Shown here one piece after another: positions 1 to 8,361 of a DNA stretch of 64,000 nucleotides. The notes beneath the pieces were generated by a model, which was not told where the DNA came from, made no database searches, and worked only from the letters and a program-made list of their open reading frames with translations. The translations under genes were made by a program, and so were the position numbers. How positions within the stretch are numbered: the first letter of the stretch is position 1; each line of letters opens with the position of its first letter. This DNA is from a virus (Duplodnaviria > Caudoviricetes), in IMG/VR virus record IMGVR_UViG_3300012020_000003, positions 32,001 through 96,000 of that record, one strand, 5' to 3'.

Positions 1-1
1 T

Positions 2-412
2 CCTGTTGCTAAGGAATTTGGGGTATCGGGCATTGGGGAAGGCGTGGTTTGGAGTGGTAGAGATTCAGATGGAATGTATATTCAATTTAAACACAAAGGA
101 ACTAAGCATCAAAAACCAAAAGGACCAAGATCAAGCAATCCTGATGTCAAGATTGAAAATCCGAATATTCAAAAATTTATTGATACCATTGATATCGATA
201 ACCGTTTACAACAATGTTACCATGAATTATATGAAAATTCAATACCATCACGAAAAGAAACATCCGCCGTATTAAATTGGGTGTATGGAGATATTTGCAA
301 AGAAGAATCTCATTTAATACAAGAATTGAGTCTAGAACTTATAAATTTACGGCCAGCATTAATGGAAGTAATTCGAAATAAATTTTTTGATGACATAAAT
401 AATTCATTATAA
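2..412 (+). CDS. C-terminal part of RNA ligase (Rnl2-like nucleotidyltransferase), 5'-truncated by window edge
   Basis: Frame from nt 2 reads PVAKEFGVSGIGEGVVW...FKHKGTKH, i.e. ligase motif IV (EGxV) and motif V (KxK). Confidence 0.7.
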   Translation, partial: PVAKEFGVSGIGEGVVWSGRDSDGMYIQFKHKGTKHQKPKGPRSSNPDVKIENPNIQKFIDTIDIDNRLQQCYHELYENSIPSRKETSAVLNWVYGDICKEESHLIQELSLELINLRPALMEVIRNKFFDDINNSL

Positions 413-449
413 TAGTGTGGTTTTGAAAATTAATAACTATATATTAAAT

Positions 450-530
450 ATGAAACATTTTTATCAATTAATATTTACACTATCGACACCGAATTACGAT
501 CGACACAAGGGCATTATAATGAAAAGCTAA
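450..530 (+). CDS. Putative 26-aa leader peptide MKHFYQLIFTLSTPNYDRHKGIIMKS
   Basis: ATG450-TAA530. Contains aagggcatt (507-515), complementary to the 5' arm of the downstream terminator. Confidence 0.55.
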   Translation: MKHFYQLIFTLSTPNYDRHKGIIMKS

Positions 531-559
531 TTTGAATAATTAATTTTAACTTTTAAATG

Positions 560-598
560 ACCCTTATATAATTAAATTTGTGTAAGGGTTTTTTATTT
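560..598 (+). terminator. Intrinsic terminator / attenuator hairpin
   Basis: acccttatata(560-570)/tgtgtaagggt(579-589) 11-bp stem followed by a T tract. Confidence 0.8.
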
Positions 599-659
599 GT
601 TAATTTTTTGTTAATGGTGTAAAAATATTATAATATTAAATTTAAATGCTGTATATTTG
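597..659 (+). promoter_or_regulatory. Bacteroidota-type promoter with upstream tandem TGTTAAT box
   Basis: ttgttaattttttgttaat, then TATATTTG at 652-659 (TAnnTTTG -7 consensus). Confidence 0.65.
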
Positions 660-676
660 TGACATAATTATTTAAT

Positions 677-913
677 ATGCGTTGGCAGAAGAATTTTAAA
701 CAATGGTTAAATCAAAAAGTTGATATAACAATAAAGGACCAAACATATAAAGGACGAATTTTAAAATTTGTTGGAATTAATACTTTCAAACATAAGGTAA
801 TAATTACCGGAGGACAAGGTATATTTTATGTTGACGACTGGAATGAGTTAAACATTGTTCCATTTGTAGATGAACGAATTTTTAAAGAGCAAATATTTTC
901 AGAAGAAGAATGA
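677..913 (+). CDS. Hypothetical protein
   Basis: 78-aa ORF directly after a promoter. Confidence 0.6.
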   Translation: MRWQKNFKQWLNQKVDITIKDQTYKGRILKFVGINTFKHKVIITGGQGIFYVDDWNELNIVPFVDERIFKEQIFSEEE

Positions 914-979
914 TTTAAAAATTTTTAAGAAAGGGTTGAACCGAAAGTTGAAAATATTTTGAAAATAAATCCAGAAAAG

Positions 980-1010
980 TTTGGTAGACTGAAAAATAAG
1001 TCGTATATTT
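980..1010 (+). promoter_or_regulatory. Canonical Bacteroidota sigma70 promoter upstream of the tRNA array
   Basis: TTTG (980-983), 19-nt spacer, TATATTTG (1003-1010). Confidence 0.7.
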
Positions 1011-1170
1011 GTATTGTAATTAAAAATAACTGTTATGAGTACTAAAAAGAAAGGAATTTTGTGCATCTGTAAGGAATGGGCAAAATACTTAAGAAACAAA
1101 AAGCCATTTTGGTCTTCACACAGACAAGCAACGAAAAAGCATATTCAAAAAAGTTTGAATTATTAATATT

Positions 1171-1245
1171 GGCACATTGGAGTAATTTGGTCAACTCGTC
1201 AGATTTTCAATCTGGAGATTACGGGTTCGAACCCCGTATGTGTCA
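1171..1245 (+). tRNA. tRNA-Glu(TTC)
   Basis: ggcacat/atgtgtc acceptor; tcaga-ttTTCaa-tctgg; GGTTCGAACCC. Confidence 0.9.
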
Positions 1246-1256
1246 CATTTTTATAT

Positions 1257-1339
1257 TGATTGTTATACCGTAGGGGTAGCGGGACTGACTGTAAATCAGT
1301 TGCCTTAGGGCTCGGGTGGTTCGACTCCATCACAATCAA
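1257..1339 (+). tRNA. tRNA-Tyr(GTA)
   Basis: actga-ctGTAaa-tcagt; variable arm; ggtgg-ttcgact-ccatc. Confidence 0.85.
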
Positions 1340-1353
1340 CCGCAATATTAATT

Positions 1354-1461
1354 CAACCGTTTTAGGTTACATTGCAGGAGTAAACGGGTATTGAGCTGGC
1401 GTAAACCAAGCAATTATCGGACCTAAAATAGGACGTGTAGATCCAATCATGAAGGTGGTTG
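1354..1461 (+). ncRNA. Candidate multi-branch structured RNA
   Basis: caacc/ggttg closing stem, ttttaggt/acctaaaa, inner hairpins; GC-richer than flanks; no ORF. Confidence 0.4.
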
Positions 1462-1525
1462 TGAAGCGTTATAAAAATTTGCAATTATTAATATCTTAAA
1501 TGATAGTTGCTACTTTTAATATAAA

Positions 1526-1538
1526 TGTTCTTTGAAAT
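1526..1538 (+). promoter_or_regulatory. boxA-like antitermination signal
   Basis: tGTTCTTTGAAAT resembles the rrn boxA and lies just ahead of tRNA genes. Confidence 0.45.
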
Positions 1539-1551
1539 GCTGGAATGAAAT

Positions 1552-1633
1552 GCCGAAGTAACCGAGCTCGTCTTCGAAACGAGTATTTCCGTAATTGGAG
1601 TTGTAAATGTAGGTTCGAATCCTACCTTCGGTG
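1552..1633 (+). tRNA. Non-canonical tRNA-Arg(TCG), no D-arm, D-loop-like motif after the anticodon arm
   Basis: gccgaag/cttcggt acceptor; ctcgt-ctTCGaa-acgag; taattgg 3' of anticodon arm; gtagg-ttcgaat-cctac. Confidence 0.7.
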
Positions 1634-1641
1634 CTAAATAT

Positions 1642-1724
1642 TACCAAGTGGTGAAACTGGGAGACACTCCGGTCGTGAGACTGGATCACTAAGTTGAGTA
1701 TAGGTTCGAATCCTATCTTGGTAG
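1642..1724 (+). tRNA. Leu-type tRNA-like gene with irregular anticodon loop (possibly GAG)
   Basis: taccaag/cttggta; Leu-type D arm; tccggt-cgtgag-actgga (6- or 8-nt loop); canonical T arm. Confidence 0.6.
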
Positions 1725-1796
1725 CAAAGCTTATCTTACTTCTAAATCAAACTTTTAAATTGAAATTAGATAAGCAATTTATTTTTTAATTACAAT

Positions 1797-1874
1797 CTCG
1801 GCGTAGGCTCCTTGTTGGAGAACCTGACTGTCACTCAGGTAAAATTAACGGATAGTAACCGTTCGTCGGGGCCA
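1797..1874 (+). tRNA. tRNA-Asp(GTC) with non-canonical T-loop
   Basis: ctcggcg/cgtcggg+gCCA; cctga-ctGTCac-tcagg; T arm aacgg-atagtaa-ccgtt. Confidence 0.8.
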
Positions 1875-1922
1875 ATGTATTTATCATTTTTCTGGATACT
1901 ATTTATATGTATAATCCTACGT

Positions 1923-2675
1923 ATGAAAGAATGTCCGAAATGTAATATACAACACGAAAAACCTGGAAAATTTTGTTCTAGAAATTGTGCTAATAGCAGA
2001 GGTCCATTACCATTAATTAAACGAATATTTATCAAGTGTCCAGTGTGCGACACATTGACCGGTAATCCTAAATTTTGCTCAGTTAAATGTTCCAATAAAA
2101 TAAGGATAAATAAACGAATTTTCATTCGCAAAATAAATCCTACAAAACAATGTCCAACGTGTTACGCTAATCATACAAAATCGGGTAAATACTGTTCACG
2201 CGATTGTAGTTATAAACGAATTTCTACAGATGAACAACGAGCTCAAAGGAGTATAAAGTCTAAAGAAACGAATGCTAAATATTGGACTCCTGAAAATCGA
2301 CAGAAACATTCAAGACTAATGAAACGAATAGTCGCAGACGATCCGGAAAGTTATTCAACTAATAATGTATCCGGTAGAGTTAAAAATATTGAATACAATG
2401 GTTATAAGGTTAAAGGATCATGGGAGTTGATTGTAGCTCAAGTATTAGATAAATATAATATTACATGGACTAATAACGTTTCAGGATATGAGTATTATTG
2501 GAATGGTACTAAACATTTATATTTTCCAGATTTTTATTTACCTGAATATAATGTCTTTATTGAAGTTAAAGGATATCAAAGAGATAGAGATTTATGTAAA
2601 TGGAAAGATTTCCCATACGATTTGATGATATTAAAGGAAAATGAAATTAATGAATTGAAATCATTTATAAATTAA
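1923..2675 (+). CDS. Homing-type PD-(D/E)XK endonuclease with N-terminal Cys-rich Zn-finger repeats
   Basis: Three CPxC...FCSxxC repeats; YFPDFYLP...FIEVKG nuclease motif; start moved to ATG1923. Confidence 0.75.
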   Translation: MKECPKCNIQHEKPGKFCSRNCANSRGPLPLIKRIFIKCPVCDTLTGNPKFCSVKCSNKIRINKRIFIRKINPTKQCPTCYANHTKSGKYCSRDCSYKRISTDEQRAQRSIKSKETNAKYWTPENRQKHSRLMKRIVADDPESYSTNNVSGRVKNIEYNGYKVKGSWELIVAQVLDKYNITWTNNVSGYEYYWNGTKHLYFPDFYLPEYNVFIEVKGYQRDRDLCKWKDFPYDLMILKENEINELKSFIN

Positions 2676-2681
2676 TTATAT

Positions 2682-2754
2682 TGCGCGGTAGAGAAATTGG
2701 TTATCTTGCAGGACTCATGATCCTGTGTTCCAGGTTCGAGTCCTGGCTGCGCTA
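2682..2754 (+). tRNA. tRNA-Met(CAT), possibly initiator-like
   Basis: cagga-ctCATga-tcctg; 1:72 mismatch (T:T). Confidence 0.85.
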
Positions 2755-2856
2755 CATGAGACATGGAGTAATTAACCAGGTCGAGTAATGCTTAGGTTCA
2801 TATATCTTAAAGTGAATTGACGTCAATAGTTTCTGAACAGCGGCATTTTTTAAGTT

Positions 2857-2938
2857 CTGTAGGTTTGAGATATTGGAATTTCACCCGGATGCGCAGAGTC
2901 CGGCATTAATGCAGGTTCAATTCCTGCACCTACAGCCA
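2857..2938 (+). tRNA. tRNA-like gene with 9-nt anticodon loop, ending in CCA
   Basis: ctgtaggt/acctacag+CCA; ccgga-tgcgcagag-tccgg; gcagg-ttcaatt-cctgc. Confidence 0.55.
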
Positions 2939-3015
2939 ATATGATGTCAGTAAACGTACCTAACGATTCTGAAAAGAACCGAGGACAAAATTCTTAGGTC
3001 AACATCGTATTTTAT

Positions 3016-3090
3016 CTGGTAGCGATACATTGGTGTGTTTACGCGGCTTGGATCCGTGGTTGGTTGCTGGTTCGAATCCAGCCTATCAGA
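3016..3090 (+). tRNA. tRNA-Pro(TGG)
   Basis: ctggtag/ctatcag; cgcgg-ctTGGat-ccgtg; GGTTCGAATCC. Confidence 0.85.
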
Positions 3091-3202
3091 CAATAAAGAA
3101 GCATAATTCATAAGGTTTGTCAGTAGACATGTTAAATGGAATTGATAAGATTATAACTTTAGATTGACTGAATAATAGTAGGTTAATTTTAGATAATAAT
3201 TC

Positions 3203-3278
3203 GGGGTTTGGGGCTGCTCGGCGTGGCCACTTCGTTTGCAATGAAGACAACAGATGAAATCGTTCTTCATACTCTCCA
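3203..3278 (+). tRNA. tRNA-Ala(TGC), divergent T arm
   Basis: cttcg-ttTGCaa-tgaag; G3:U70; T arm atgaa-atcgttc-ttcat. Confidence 0.7.
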
Positions 3279-3287
3279 CAAAAACAT

Positions 3288-3443
3288 GCGGTATTGGTGA
3301 AATTGGTTAGACACCTTAAAGTTTAATTCGTTCAATAATTGTATAATAAAAACGATGGCTACTTTTTGTAAGGAATTTTAATAAAATGGTTTAGCGGCTA
3401 GTATAAAATAAATTCTTGCAGGTTCGAATCCTGCATATCATTC
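3288..3443 (+). other. tRNA shell (Leu-type D arm + T arm) with ~95-nt insert replacing the anticodon arm
   Basis: gcggtat-tg-gtgaaattggttagacac ... gcagg-ttcgaat-cctgc-atatcat. Confidence 0.5.
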
Positions 3444-3460
3444 TAAAAGAATTACAGAAT

Positions 3461-3640
3461 ATGAGTTACAAAGAAGAATTTTATAATAAAGTTGGTAAGT
3501 TTAATATAGATGAGCTTAAATTGTTTTTTGAAAAAGAAAAATATACCTTTGTTGATTTTAGAAACGAATACCAAAGTTGGAAATCTGAAGAAGAACAGTA
3601 TAAAAAAAGATTGAATAATTTAGATAAAATAAAACAATAA
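3461..3640 (+). CDS. Hypothetical protein
   Basis: ORF from ATG3461 (upstream part of the listed ORF overlaps a T arm). Confidence 0.5.
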   Translation: MSYKEEFYNKVGKFNIDELKLFFEKEKYTFVDFRNEYQSWKSEEEQYKKRLNNLDKIKQ

Positions 3641-3843
3641 TAAAACACATTATGAATTTAGAAGAATTAGCCGAAATCAAGCTTGGCAAAATACCTGAAT
3701 TATATTATATTGAATATGATGGTTGTCCAGTTATGTTATCTTCTGGTAAGACAGCCTTGCTTTACTAACCAAAAGGTGTAGGGAATATAGAATTTAATTG
3801 TAAGCGGTTAGGAACCTACAATAGAATTGAACATTTTTATTAC

Positions 3844-3917
3844 GCTTCTGACGCATAAATGATGGTGCCCCTGATTTGTAACCAGGAATAGAGTCGGTTT
3901 GATCCCGACCAGAAGCT
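3844..3917 (+). tRNA. tRNA-Thr(TGT)
   Basis: gcttctg/cagaagc; cctga-ttTGTaa-ccagg. Confidence 0.85.
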
Positions 3918-3934
3918 CAACTAATTTAATAATC

Positions 3935-4327
3935 ATGATTACTGGATTCTACAGATTAGAACATTTGGATACCAAGACTTTAAAGAAGTTTTATAAAGAT
4001 GTGTTGATGATGTCGTATTTAGTATTGTTAGAATCTAAATATACGGATAAACATCCGTCAAGACGTGGATCCGATAATAAATATACCATCAGCGATTTTT
4101 TGAGAATGGTGTCTTCTAAAAACCATAATACATGCGTAGATAGATCGATTCAACATAGATTTACAAACTCAGATGGTTCAATAGAAATAATGCCAGATTG
4201 CGATAAAGGGGAAATTGGATTTAAATTACACATGGGGTTGGATAAGGAATGGCATCAAATTTCGTTTTATGTCACATTAGACAATTTAAAAATGTTAACT
4301 GAAAAATATAATTTAATAATGTCATGA
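3935..4327 (+). CDS. Hypothetical protein
   Basis: ORF from ATG3935; ATGA overlap with next gene. Confidence 0.65.
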   Translation: MITGFYRLEHLDTKTLKKFYKDVLMMSYLVLLESKYTDKHPSRRGSDNKYTISDFLRMVSSKNHNTCVDRSIQHRFTNSDGSIEIMPDCDKGEIGFKLHMGLDKEWHQISFYVTLDNLKMLTEKYNLIMS

Positions 4328-4674
4328 TCAGAGACCAAGAGCTTTTAGATAAAATTTTTAATAACCATAAGATGCTTATCAGTTATTATCCATATAAAAC
4401 TGGTGGTTATGGAGATGATAATGTTATTGCTAAAACTGATAATTGGTCAGGTAATCAGTATGATTATGCTATTAAAAATTTTGTATTTAACATTGTTCAT
4501 TTGGGTGCAGCATTAGCAGGTAGAAAATCTGGAGATAATAAATCAGCTGTTGAATTAAGAGTTGATGGTATAGATTTTCCAATTTTTTGTTATTATTATG
4601 ATGGATTATGTAGCATAACCAAAAAAATCAAAAGTGAACATGAACCAATTGAAATACATTGGGTTTTATGGTAA
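4324..4674 (+). CDS. Hypothetical protein
   Basis: 116-aa ORF, translationally coupled. Confidence 0.65.
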   Translation: MIRDQELLDKIFNNHKMLISYYPYKTGGYGDDNVIAKTDNWSGNQYDYAIKNFVFNIVHLGAALAGRKSGDNKSAVELRVDGIDFPIFCYYYDGLCSITKKIKSEHEPIEIHWVLW

Positions 4675-4687
4675 ATATTTATAACAT

Positions 4688-4760
<73 letters not shown>

Positions 4761-4861
4761 CCGGGATTCCTTCGTCGATTGATAATGTCAATAGGTCAAT
4801 ACGAAGCAAATAAATACAATGGCGAAAGCAATGAAGCAAAGTAGCAACGAAGGCAGTTTAT

Positions 4862-4933
4862 GGTGATGTAGCTCAGATGGTAGAGCGATCGGTTGAAACC
4901 CGGTAGGCGGGATCTCGGAATTCTCCATTACCA
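4862..4933 (+). tRNA. tRNA-Phe(GAA), divergent T-loop
   Basis: ggtgatg/cattacc; atcgg-ttGAAac-ccggt; T loop ctcggaa. Confidence 0.8.
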
Positions 4934-4943
4934 CTTTATTAAT

Positions 4944-5016
4944 GCGAGTGTCGTATAATGGCTTATTATGCTAGGCTTCCAACCTTGAGATGACGTTTCG
5001 ATTACGTCCATTCGCT
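4944..5016 (+). tRNA. tRNA-Gly(TCC)
   Basis: gcgagtg/cattcgc; ctagg-ctTCCaa-ccttg. Confidence 0.88.
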
Positions 5017-5108
5017 CTAAATATGTTAATAATTTGTTAATGTCATTCTAATGTTGTGATTATTTAAAATAACGTTGTATATTTGTTGAGTAATTAAAAA
5101 CAAAGAAT

Positions 5109-5396
5109 ATGGCTTACTTAACAATTGAACGATTCGAAGAACCAAGGGTAAAGGCTTATCATATCGATGGTACTTTTATTGGTATAATCTACAATCACAA
5201 TGAATTCAATAAATTTCGAATTCAAGCTTTACAAAATCAGGTCACTGATCAATATTATTTTATGTGGGATGAGTTAAAAATAACTCTCGACAATAAAGGT
5301 AATATGTCACATTTTCCGAGAGGTTTATATGACCAAGTTCAACAAGACATGGGAACAATGTTTCGAATTGCACGTGAACAAAATATTAAAATATGA
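5109..5396 (+). CDS. Hypothetical protein
   Basis: 95-aa ORF after promoter TATATTTG 5078-5085. Confidence 0.65.
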   Translation: MAYLTIERFEEPRVKAYHIDGTFIGIIYNHNEFNKFRIQALQNQVTDQYYFMWDELKITLDNKGNMSHFPRGLYDQVQQDMGTMFRIAREQNIKI

Positions 5397-5917
5397 TACC
5401 AATTAAAAAAGAACCTAAAGAACTTTACAAAGAGTTTAAGACTTATGAAAAGTGTAAGTTTTGCCGAAAAGAAACAGATACTTGGCACGAAAAAACAAAC
5501 ACACCAGTTTGTAAAATTTGTGCAAAATCTCATAAAGTAGCAGACTTGTAGCTATTGGCTATAACGGTTGGGTATAAGCGATGCAAGATTAATGGCAGTT
5601 TTTGCACAATTTTTAAAGACCAAAGGTTTAACTGAAAATCAAATGACTCAGGTAAAATTAAGAATGCCGAAATATTGGAAACAAATACTCCAAGTATCAA
5701 ATATTATTAAATTAGATAGTTTAATCATCCAATCGAAAGTAGCATGATCAGCGAAACCTTAACCGCAGATACTCTGCATGAAGTAGTTGCACTCAAAGAT
5801 TTATATTTCAGAAAATACCACCCAGCTGGGTACGGAACATCTTCAACTGAACCGAAGATTATTAATGATAAATGGACAATTACAGTTTCCAGATTTAATT
5901 CATGTGATTAATTAAAT

Positions 5918-5997
5918 GGCCCAATGGTGAAATTGGCAGACACGCTCCTTTTAAGCGGGAGTCCGCAAGGGTGTAGGTTCGAGTCCTACTTGGGCTA
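5918..5997 (+). tRNA. tRNA-Leu(TAA)
   Basis: ggcccaa/ttgggct; ctcct-ttTAAgc-gggag; variable arm. Confidence 0.9.
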
Positions 5998-6065
5998 CTC
6001 TATTTAAGCTAGTTTATGAACAGCCTAGATATTCGGTGCGATGCCGATTAATACGATTTTTATTT

Positions 6066-6233
6066 TTAATGATGTAAACTTATCAGTAAGGTTAAACTGA
6101 ATTCAATATTAAATGTCGCAGTAAATTCATTGGGTTGATACCCCAAATGTTCCAGGTGCAAATCCTCGGTGGACCAAACGAGAGTCTGTAGAATTAAACA
6201 TTTATAAAGATTAATCCAGAAACGTAGCATTAA
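6066..6233 (+). ncRNA. Candidate ~170-nt structured RNA
   Basis: ttaatg/cattaa closing stem; cagt/actg, ttggg/cccaa, aatgtt/aacatt, agg-tgcaaat-cct hairpins. Confidence 0.35.
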
Positions 6234-6262
6234 TATAATTTAATAGATAAACAATTAATTAA

Positions 6263-6352
6263 AAAGGCTGGTTATGTCACTCATAAGAAGTAGGCGGAAG
6301 CTCTGAAATCAGAAGGTGTAACCGAAAATATTGTCACATTGAACCAGCCTTT
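6263..6352 (+). ncRNA. Candidate multi-branch structured RNA
   Basis: 11-bp aaaggctggtt/aaccagccttt stem enclosing gc-ggaa-gc, tctga-aa-tcaga and ggt-gta-acc hairpins. Confidence 0.45.
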
Positions 6353-6359
6353 GTTTAAT

Positions 6360-6431
6360 TGAAATGTAGTGTAATGGTTAGCACATGAATTTTTGAAATT
6401 CATAGTTGTGGTTCGAATCCATGCATTTCAA
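6360..6431 (+). tRNA. tRNA-Gln(TTG)
   Basis: tgaaatg/catttca; tgaat-ttTTGaa-attca. Confidence 0.88.
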
Positions 6432-6487
6432 CGGTATTGATACAGTGAAGACCTGTTGGTGGAATTAGAAAAAATAAATAATTACAT

Positions 6488-6560
6488 GGTGTTTGTAGCT
6501 TAATTGGTAGAGCGCTTCCCTGTGAAGGAAGATGACAGGGTTCGAATCCCGCTAACACCC
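6488..6560 (+). tRNA. tRNA-His(GTG)
   Basis: cttcc-ctGTGaa-ggaag; G-1 present. Confidence 0.88.
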
Positions 6561-6612
6561 TTTGAAGTTGTTTTTGTAATTTCTAAACTATTTATAGTAA
6601 GGAGATTATTAA

Positions 6613-7590
6613 ATGACAAAAGTTAGATATGGTACTCATAAAAAGTATCATTTTATTTATAAAACCACAAATATTTTATCTGGAAAGTATTATATTGGAA
6701 TGCATTCAACAGATAATTTGGATGATGGTTATTTAGGATCAGGTAAATATTTAAAACGTTCAATTAATAAGCATGGTAAAGAAAATCATAAAATTGAAAT
6801 ATTAGAATATTTAGATTCAAGAGAAGAGTTAGCAAAAAGGGAAGCTGAAATAGTCAATCTTCAGGAAATTGCTAAGAAAGAATGTATGAATTTGAAAGTT
6901 GGCGGTATAGGTGGATGGACATCCGAAATGCAAAAGGAGAATGCTAAAAAAAGTAATCAACGACAAGCATGGTTAAGAATAAATGATCCAATCTGGAATC
7001 AAAAAATTGCCGATAATAAATCCAAGGCACTTAAAGAAAGTTATTTATCGGGCTCACGTACCAAGGAAACATTTTATAATTGGTTAGGTAAAACACATTC
7101 AACTGCTTCTATTCAAAAAATGAAAGATCACCATGCCTTAACTGGTAGGCAAAAGGGTGAAAACAATTCTAATTTTGGAATGGTTTGGATTCATTCAATA
7201 GCAGAATTAAAATCTATTAAAATCAAAAAAACAGTGTTAGATGAATATTTAACAAATGGATATGAATTAGGCAGAGTTACAAATTTTGATAAGAAATTGT
7301 ATCCGGAAAAGTATATTAAACTTCCCGATACATTTGAATATAACGGCGTTGTAATTAATAAACGAAAAATAAATTCTATACAAAGAATATTTAATATAGA
7401 CGTTAAATTTAATGGTATAGAAATGTTACATCAAATATTATTTGAATTGTATAATGTACAAAATTTAAGCACAACCGATATCGGCAAACAATTTAATGTT
7501 GATCACGTTACTATTATAGCATATTTAAAATTATGTAACATAGAAAGAAGGCAATATAATAAACACCCAAAAATAAAAAATAATGATTAA
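6613..7590 (+). CDS. GIY-YIG homing endonuclease (Seg-like) with NUMOD3-like and HTH regions
   Basis: FIYKTTNILSGKYYIG...YLGSG...E...N; GKTHS..SIQKM; GENNSNFG; located in the tRNA cluster. Confidence 0.85.
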   Translation: MTKVRYGTHKKYHFIYKTTNILSGKYYIGMHSTDNLDDGYLGSGKYLKRSINKHGKENHKIEILEYLDSREELAKREAEIVNLQEIAKKECMNLKVGGIGGWTSEMQKENAKKSNQRQAWLRINDPIWNQKIADNKSKALKESYLSGSRTKETFYNWLGKTHSTASIQKMKDHHALTGRQKGENNSNFGMVWIHSIAELKSIKIKKTVLDEYLTNGYELGRVTNFDKKLYPEKYIKLPDTFEYNGVVINKRKINSIQRIFNIDVKFNGIEMLHQILFELYNVQNLSTTDIGKQFNVDHVTIIAYLKLCNIERRQYNKHPKIKNND

Positions 7591-7789
7591 ATCAATATTA
7601 CAGCATGTCGCCAATCAAATTTTAAAAAATGTCATTAACGCAAAATCATTAAAGCTAGCCGAAAACTCATATAGAGTCGGTATGAATTTTGATAACTTTT
7701 GCATATCCACATTTGGAATTTATTTAGATTAAATGGACAGAAGGAAAATAGTTGGCACTAAAATAATAAAATTTTAAACTATTTATGTT

Positions 7790-8302
7790 ATGATTAAATT
7801 TACCGAATTATTAACTGAACGATATGTCAATTTGTTTAAAACTGACATTGTGAAATATATTGATGAAATTTGGGAGATTCTACAAAAATCATATGCTCCT
7901 ATAGGCGGATTTTTAACTGCAAGTTCGAAAGAAGATTTAATTCGGAAATCATGGATGGCCAAATGCGTTAAAAAGGATAATAAGCTCGTAGCAGTTAGAC
8001 TCTATAAAGATCAATATGGAAGAAAAGGCATTGCAGGTGGAACCGATGGATCATCAATTGGAAAGCAATGGTTTATGAAAATGATTCAGGAAGATATTAA
8101 GTTTAGCAGGTCCTGGACAGAAGTATCTGGAGCAATGGAGCATATTTTAAGAAAAAATGGCGCTGAGCCGATTCCTAATTATATGGCCAAAGAGCTTACT
8201 GGTAAAGATATTCTGGAATTTAATCCAGACGGATATCATTATACTCGGATGATAGCGGGTGAACCACATGAAAAAATAATATTCGGTACCGTCAATAAAT
8301 AA
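7790..8302 (+). CDS. Hypothetical phage protein
   Basis: 170-aa ORF preceded by the ACTATTTAT motif. Confidence 0.7.
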   Translation: MIKFTELLTERYVNLFKTDIVKYIDEIWEILQKSYAPIGGFLTASSKEDLIRKSWMAKCVKKDNKLVAVRLYKDQYGRKGIAGGTDGSSIGKQWFMKMIQEDIKFSRSWTEVSGAMEHILRKNGAEPIPNYMAKELTGKDILEFNPDGYHYTRMIAGEPHEKIIFGTVNK

Positions 8303-8361
8303 CATTTTATTAACACAATTATTGAATTAATTTATGTACATTTGTGAGTAAATAATTAAAT

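Noticed and set aside
1812-1922. N-terminal extensions of ORFs 1812, 3416, 3899, 46511..47023 and 51552..52190, and the ORFs at 1076 and 40744
   Set aside because: They overlap tRNA genes or the IS end; downstream ATGs fit better, or the ORF is spurious.
3288-3443. Group I intron in a tRNA
   Set aside because: The insert is only ~95 nt and AT-rich, with no P7 or other core elements.
6005-6240. tmRNA (including a permuted form)
   Set aside because: No GGGG 5' end with matching acceptor, and no tag peptide ending in ALAA-like residues.
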